A stretch of DNA of 42,254 nt from Octopus bimaculoides. Its lineage: Eukaryota. Where the stretch lies: contig NC_068998.1 in NCBI RefSeq assembly GCF_001194135.2, positions 31,605,309 through 31,647,562 on the forward strand, given 5' to 3'. The position numbers and the translations under genes are program-made. Positions within the stretch are counted from its first letter, which is position 1, and every line of letters starts with the position of its first letter. The notes under the pieces are model-generated. The model was not told the DNA's origin. It searched no databases and saw only the letters and a list, made by a program, of their open reading frames with translations. Shown piece after piece: positions 36,029 to 42,254 of this stretch.

Positions 36029-36800
36029 TTATTCCTTACTCTAGACATTCTAGACATTTCTTTACTCTTGGCTTTATTTTCACAATTAATCCAATCCTAT
36101 GCTTATAGATTCCAGCATATTCAGATTTCATAATCTCAGGAAATGATGTAGTTTGAGTGTAATATTATTTATCAAGTTTGCACTTCATTGTAATAGAAAT
36201 GTTTGTAGTCAAGTAAGCTAAACAAATTGTAATGAGTTGCATCTCATTCCATGCATGCATGCATGCGTGTGTGTGTGTGTGTGTGCTGACAATAATATTT
36301 GGTGCACATTATCTCTCTTACAAAAGGTCAAATCAAGCTCAGTGGATGAGGAATTCGATAACTAGTGTGTCTTCTTTTTATATCAACAAACTGTCCCAAT
36401 ATTATCAACAACCCATCATTGACTTAGCCATATATGACACTGCTCAGTTCATTCTGCATAAAAAGAATGATATCTTCAGCCTAAGTTAAATGTTTCTTCT
36501 AATTTTACACTTTGGTGTAAAGTTTTTATTTTCCTCACAGCAGATTATTCATTGCATTCGCAATTATCAGTACACTATCCTTCTTGCAAAAATGTTGGAT
36601 TATTGCCAAAACTTCATCTTTGAAAAATTCCTATCAATATTGCTAACTTATTGAAGCAAACTCTGCTTTTAAAATAGTCAGCAAACAATTTGTGAAATCA
36701 ATAATTTATTTCAACATCCAGTTACTGAAAATCTCCTATAGGACAAAAAGGAAAAATGCAGAAATTTTCACTTACCTGATTAACATTTTTCTGTCATATA

Positions 36801-36877
36801 TTTCATTATCCTTTTGGGATTGATAGAATAAGTACCAGGTGAGTACTGGGGTTGGCCTTGTGCCAAAATTTGAAATC
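36801..36877 (+). mobile_element. 5'-truncated, internally deleted SINE-A
   Basis: CCTTTTGGGATTGATAGAATAAGTACCAGGTGAGTACTGGGGT|TGGCCTTGTGCCAAAATTTGAAATC. Confidence 0.75.
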
Positions 36878-36911
36878 ACCACCACCACCACCACCACCAT
36901 CATCATCATCA

Positions 36912-36965
<54 letters not shown>

Positions 36966-36974
36966 TCGTCATCG

Positions 36975-37042
<68 letters not shown>
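36877..37042. repeat. Compound trinucleotide tract (CAC)n(CAT)n(CGT)n(CAT)n(TAT)n
   Basis: Direct reading. Confidence 0.98.
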
Positions 37043-37044
<2 letters not shown>

Positions 37045-37255
37045 GGCAGTGAGCTGGCTGAATCATTACCACACCAGACAAAATGTTTAGCAGTATTTTG
37101 TCCATCTTTATGTTTTGAGTTCAAATTCTGCTGAGGTCAACTTTACATTTCATCCTTTCGGGATCAAAAAGATAAGTACCAGTTGAATATTTGGGTTGAT
37201 GTAATTGACTTATTCCCTCTGGGAAATTGCTGACCTTGTGCCAAAATTGGAAATC
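37043..37255 (+). mobile_element. Full-length SINE-A in an (ATT)n tract
   Basis: AAGGCAGTGAGCTGG head, B-box GAGTTCAAATTC, central domain and 3' CCTTGTGCCAAAATTGGAAATC; (ATT)n on both sides. Confidence 0.88.
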
Positions 37256-37270
37256 ATTATTATTGTTATT

Positions 37271-37705
37271 CCTTCATAACACAGTGTAGGTAAAAATGCA
37301 CTGGAGTGTTTAGTCATCTGTCAAGTCACAACAAAGTCTTCAGACAGATAATACTTTCCTTAAGATGTGCGTTGTGCCCAATAAGGCTGCTTTTTGCAAG
37401 ACATCAATCTTTCATGGGATTTCCAGTTGCCTTAAGAAGTCTTGAAGTTTCAACGGGATTGAGTCAACACTCCGATCAGCACTGGTATCACTTTTACATT
37501 ACCCTCTTGCATTCCATACAGTCTTGCCATTTCCATTTTCAATTCCAACTTCTTTACTCACAACATTCATGGCATTTGGTATGGCTACATCAATGATCTG
37601 ACAGTATTTGTCTCTCTTATTCAATATGACAATATCCAGTTGACAGTATTAGGTTACATGATCCATCTGAAAATAATAGTCCCAGAGTATCATTACTTTT
37701 CCATC
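37271..37705 (-). mobile_element. R4/Dong-like 3' fragment (copy E) between two (TAA)n tracts
   Basis: ILWDYYFQMDH..QLDIVILNKRDKYCQIIDVAIP..IPVLIG..LQKAALLGTTHILRKVLSV*; (AAT)n at both junctions. Confidence 0.8.
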
Positions 37706-37706
37706 C

Positions 37707-37753
<47 letters not shown>

Positions 37754-39275
37754 TTTTCTTTCTTCAAATTTTCTTCCATTTCTCGCTGAGTGTTTTCCGT
37801 ACACTTAGGGCAGAGAAGCTCATTGTATGCATTCCCAGTTTGCACACACAAATTCACAGGTAAAATATGTATGTAAAAAAATTAATAAATAAATAAATTC
37901 ATGAATGGATGTTTTTTTCACAGCGATAATGCTCTTCTCAGTACATGAGTCATTCCAGTTAACACAATTTTTTGCACTTCCTGTAGGGATGGTAAGCCTG
38001 GTATCATTTTCAAATAGATTTCNNNNNNNNNNNNNNNNNNNNNNNNNNNNNNNNNNNNNNNNNNNNNNNNNNNNNNNNNNNNNNNNNNNNNNNNNNNNNN
38101 NNNNNNNNNNNNNNNNNNNNNNNNNNNNNNNNNNNNNNNNNNNNNNNNNNNNNNNNNNNNNNNNNNNNNNNNNNNNNNNNNNNNNNNNNNNNNNNNNNNN
38201 NNNNNNNNNNNNNNNNNNNNNNNNNNNNNNNNNNNNNNNNNNNNNNNNNNNNNNNNNNNNNNNNNNNNNNNNNNNNNNNNNNNNNNNNNNNNNNNNNNNN
38301 NNNNNNNNNNNNNNNNNNNNNNNNNNNNNNNNNNNNNNNNNNNNNNNNNNNNNNNNNNNNNNNNNNNNNNNNNNNNNNNNNNNNNNNNNNNNNNNNNNNN
38401 NNNNNNNNNNNNNNNNNNNNNNNNNNNNNNNNNNNNNNNNNNNNNNNNNNNNNNNNNNNTATATCATTTGTCAGTGGTTTTGATTTTATAATGCTGACAT
38501 ATTGTCCAGTGTAAATACTGGCCGACTCTGTCATGTCTTGCTTTATATTCTACAGGTGCTAAGACTCTACACCCTGAGATTAGGTGGTCTATAGTTTCAA
38601 TCTCATCGCTACAGAATCAGCATTTTGGGTCAGCTCCATTTTTTATCACATTGGCTTGGTAGTTCTGGGTTAATAAGCTTTGGTCTTGAGCAGCTAATAT
38701 GAAACCTTCACTCTCTGCTTTTAACCCTGACTTAATCATTGATGTGTGTGTTTCTGGTCGACATCAGCTTGTTTGCTACGAGCCACATACTTGCCATGCA
38801 GAGGTTTCTGTTCCCATCTGCTAGCTAATTTTTCATGTGCTTTTGTCTTTGCAATTAATTTTATTTTCTTTGCAGCATTAGTTGGCGCATTTCCTTCAAC
38901 CTGATCAATCTGATAGGTATCTAAGAGATCAGTAGTGAATTTTTTGCTCTCTTTCAGAATAGAGTGAAGTTTTTTCGGTCTTTCATGTTTTTCAACAAGT
39001 TTCAGCATCCAGTCGTTGGTTGTTTCAAGTTATTTGGTCAGTCTGATTGTGGTGGTTTTGTACGTAAGTTCAAGCTGGATCAAGCCTCGACCTCCCTGAG
39101 CTCTTGGAAGGTAAAGACGATCCACATCTGCCTTTGGATGGTGCATCTTATTACAAGTCAGTAGCTTGCGGATTTTTCTATCAATTTTCATTATTTCACT
39201 GGTATCCCAGTTAAGCACATTGAAGCTATAAAGAACAACTGAGACTGCTAAGGAATTTATGGCTAACACCTTATA
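37706..39275 (-). mobile_element. R4/Dong-like element (copy D), 5'-truncated, spanning a gap, with an (AAT)n tail
   Basis: ORF 39030-39305 (AINSLAV..HPKADVDRLYLPRAQGGRGL), ORF 38736-39008 (KPLHGKY), ESEGFILAAQDQ, CCHC C*FCSDEIETIDHLISGC, RHD, and C-terminus VQKIVLTGMTHVLRRALSL*. (AAC)5 at the 5' junction; (TTA)n tail at 37706-37753. Confidence 0.88.
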
Positions 39276-39539
39276 ATTGTTGTTGTTGTTGTTTCTTTTC
39301 TTCATTTTTTAATTCTTTAAAGTAATCATTTTCTTAATTTTGAAAAATATTTGCATTTGTGGTGTGAGTACATGTGTGTGTATTTATGCATGTGTTTGTA
39401 TATATTTCTGTATAATTTCTAGTAAATGTTCACTTGTATATGTTTGAATCATGGCTACACCATATCTCATCATCTCTTATGAAAAGCTAGAGTCAGAGAC
39501 AGGAATTCAAATGAAATATGCTTAAGCTTATAATGATGA

Positions 39540-41911
39540 TGATGCTAAAAGGTCTAGGGGAGATAATAGAGAAGTTCTTACCACCTTCTACCATGCCATA
39601 TATTTCTCCACAAATAAATCTAATACTGTACAAACCTACTTAAACTGGAGACAGAAACACCTTGAAGTAAGGCCCTACATAGACAGTAATAAACTTGCCA
39701 AAGTCAAAAGAAACATTAGGAAAAAGAAATTACTAACTGAATTAGAGATTGATCAAATTAAACAATCAGTAAGGGATAAAAGGAACTAAGTTGCAGCTAA
39801 AGAGGAAATAATTATAGACCAGCCAAGGGCTGATGAAAATGCAACAATGATTGAAAGAGTTAATGTAACTGATGAGCAAAATGAAATACTCCCTGAACCA
39901 AACATAAACACTAAGGTAGATGAAAATCAAAAAGATGATGAAAGTTACACAGAAATTGACCCAACAGAACTACATGATCTAAAAAAATCAAATCATGATT
40001 GAATGGCTGAAAATTAAAGAAACAAGTATGAATGAATGTGACACTTTCCCAAAAATTCACAATTCTAACCAAAACCTGAAAATAATTGGCAAATCTCAAT
40101 CACTTGTACTATGCATCTGCAAAAATCTCTATGATTCTACACGGTGAAAAGATTAGAAAGCGGTAACATTCCCACAAAAGCCTTTTGGGCAAGACCGTAT
40201 TCAACACCATATTCAGCTACTTCGGTCTGACATAGAATGATTAAAAAACCTAAAGTTTGACAAGACTATCAAACCAACAAAAGCCAGAAAATTAAAGAAA
40301 AAATGTAATATGAAAACCATATTTGACATTGATACCACCATAGAAACCATCAAGCAAAGGGTATGTGCTAAATCTACCTGCCTAGCAAGGTATGAAAAGC
40401 GCATTAGATTCTTCAAGGACAACAACAAGTTCAAAAATTACCCCAAAAATTTTTACAGGAAGATACGGAAAATACCAGTTATAGTAAAGTCCCATCAAAA
40501 GAAGTGCAGGAATTTTGGAATAAAATTTGGGCAGAAGAAAAAAACACACAATGAAAAGGCCCCTTAGGTTGATAGAATATATACAAACTAAGACTCCTTA
40601 GAAGAGCAAAAGTGGGACGGTATCAAGGTAGAGGATGTAAGATCTGCTCTCAGGAGGTCAAAAAATGGAAGTCTCCAGGAAAGGATAAAATTCCTAACTT
40701 CTGGTTAAATGCCTTCCCAGAGAGCTATGAACTGTTAACATTTACAACAATGTTTTGCAACAATCTAGTATGATACACTCTTGGCTAGTTAATAGTTAGC
40801 ATTCCTGCTTCCGAAAAATGAAGAAACAAATGAACCAAAAAATTATAGACTCATAACCTGCTTAACAACAATGTACAAAATGTTAACATCTGTCTTGACT
40901 GAATATACCTTGAATATACTGAATATACCTTGAATATACTGAATATACCTTGACTGAATATACCTAATAGAAAGTAGCATATTCCCTAATAAGCCAAAAG
41001 GATGTAAACGTGGGTCCTATAGTTATAAAGATCAGCTACTCATCAATAAGAGGATCTTGGAAGATTGTCCAAATACAACAAATCCCAGAATTAGACGTAC
41101 TGGAAACAAGCACAAAAAAAGCTAAGCATTTGAAAACCTGTGCTAAAACTACTGCCTTAGATACCCTTACTGATAAATGGTACGAAAAATCTCTCAATGG
41201 CAAATACCCAAAGAGAGATAAACGTGCTGATGTTGACAAATCCCTTACCCATCAATGGCTGGTGGCTTCTGACTTAAAATCAGAAGCAGAAGGGTTTGTT
41301 ATAGCAGCCCAAGATCAATGCCTGCCTACAAGAAACTACCAGGCCAACATATTAAAGAATGGCAGCTACCCAACATGTCGTGTATGTAAACAACAAAATG
41401 AAACCATTGATCATGTTGTCTCCATGTGCAGTCTTCTTGTGCCTACATAGTATCTCAACAGGCATGATAGAGCAGCAGAATATATTCACTGGGTTATTTG
41501 TAAAGATCTGGACCCACAGAAATTGTATGAGCATAAACCAGAAGGCATCACTGAAAATAATGAGTATAAGATCTTTGGGGATTTTACAATTCAGTGTGAT
41601 TCAATGATTGATGTTTGAAGACCAGACATTGTTGTAATGGATAAAAGGAAGAAGTAAATCAAGATCATAGATATTGCCATATCTAGAGATGCATGAGTGG
41701 GTGACAAAGAGCTGGTAAAGATTGAAAAGTACAATGATGAAATTGCGTGAATGTGGGCAATCATCCCAATAGTTGTAGGGCATTGAGAGCATTAACAAAC
41801 AGATTTGAGAAATTTATTAGAGAAAGTAGGATTGACATGATGGTAGAACATGCTCCAAAACCTGCTTTATTGGAAACATCAAGGATTTTGAGATTAGCAT
41901 TTGGATATTAA
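39540..41911 (+). pseudogene. Long R4/Dong-like element (copy F) with the N-terminus retained but the RT core deleted
   Basis: N-terminal NREVLTTFYHA..KLAKVKRNIRKKKLLTELEI, then LARYEKR..FYRKI, WKSPGKDKIPNFW, KNYRLITCL and KGCKRGSYSYKDQLLINKRILEDC. At ~41068 it jumps to KSLNGKY..SEAEGFVIAAQDQ..CRVCKQQNETIDHVVSMC..RHD..RPDIVV..IPIVVGAL. No [Y/F]MDD segment is present. Confidence 0.85.
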
Positions 41912-42014
41912 ATATTGTGAAAAGAGTTATAAAAAGTGAAAATATATTTTATCATTATTTATATATAAAAATACACACACACACATATATATAAATACAC
42001 ACATATATATACAT

Positions 42015-42254
42015 ACATCATCATCATCATCATCATCGTTTAACGTCCGCTTTCCATGCTAGCATGGGTTGGACGATTTGACTGAGGACTTGTGAAACTG
42101 GATGGCAACACCAGGCTCCAATCTAAATTTGGCAGAGTTTCTACAGCTGGATGCCCTTCCTAACGCCAACCACTCAGAGAGTGTAGTGGGTGCTTTTACG
42201 TGTCACCCGCACGAAAACGGCCACGCTCGAAATGGTGTCTTTTATGTGCCACCC
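42015..42254 (-). mobile_element. RTE-type 3' end with (GAT)n tail, continuing off the window edge
   Basis: Nearly identical to 22646-22796; continues into the start of the 3'UTR repeat units (GGTGCTTTT..GTGCCACC). Confidence 0.85.

Noticed and set aside
36771-36815. Minus-strand exon ending at a consensus donor CAG|GTAAGT
   Set aside because: The putative exon and acceptor overlap a SINE-A remnant, and there is no supporting coding signal.

Overview
This is AT-rich, repeat-dense animal genomic DNA with six N-gaps. It is most likely an octopus or other coleoid cephalopod, inferred from recalled octopus-type tRNA-SINEs; I could not verify this by search. I found no host protein-coding gene, rRNA, true tRNA or CRISPR array that I can support. 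Almost all long ORFs in the track are microsatellite or gap artefacts, or retrotransposon remnants. The window is a nested transposon graveyard: (i) about 8 pieces of R4/Dong-like RLE non-LTR elements, whose junctions sort by microsatellite, (CATA)n versus (TAA)n/(AAC)n; (ii) HERO-like RLE fragments; (iii) RTE LINEs, including a ~3 kb decayed copy and a young copy with a 12-bp TSD; (iv) CR1/L2-group LINE pieces and a Penelope fragment; (v) two tRNA-derived SINE families (here called A and B); (vi) Tc1/mariner MITEs and a transposase fragment, a piggyBac-like MITE and three fold-back elements. The best candidates for something undescribed are a TTAA-flanked 609-bp fold-back element with a spacerless (TAACCC)7/(GGGTTA)8 telomeric palindrome at its centre, a (CATA)n-targeting R4/Dong-like family that stacks in its own tails, a 66-nt motif with a compensatory base change shared by two unrelated elements, and a LINE whose 3' end matches the SINE-B tail. 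All calls come from manual translation and alignment by eye; no searches were run.
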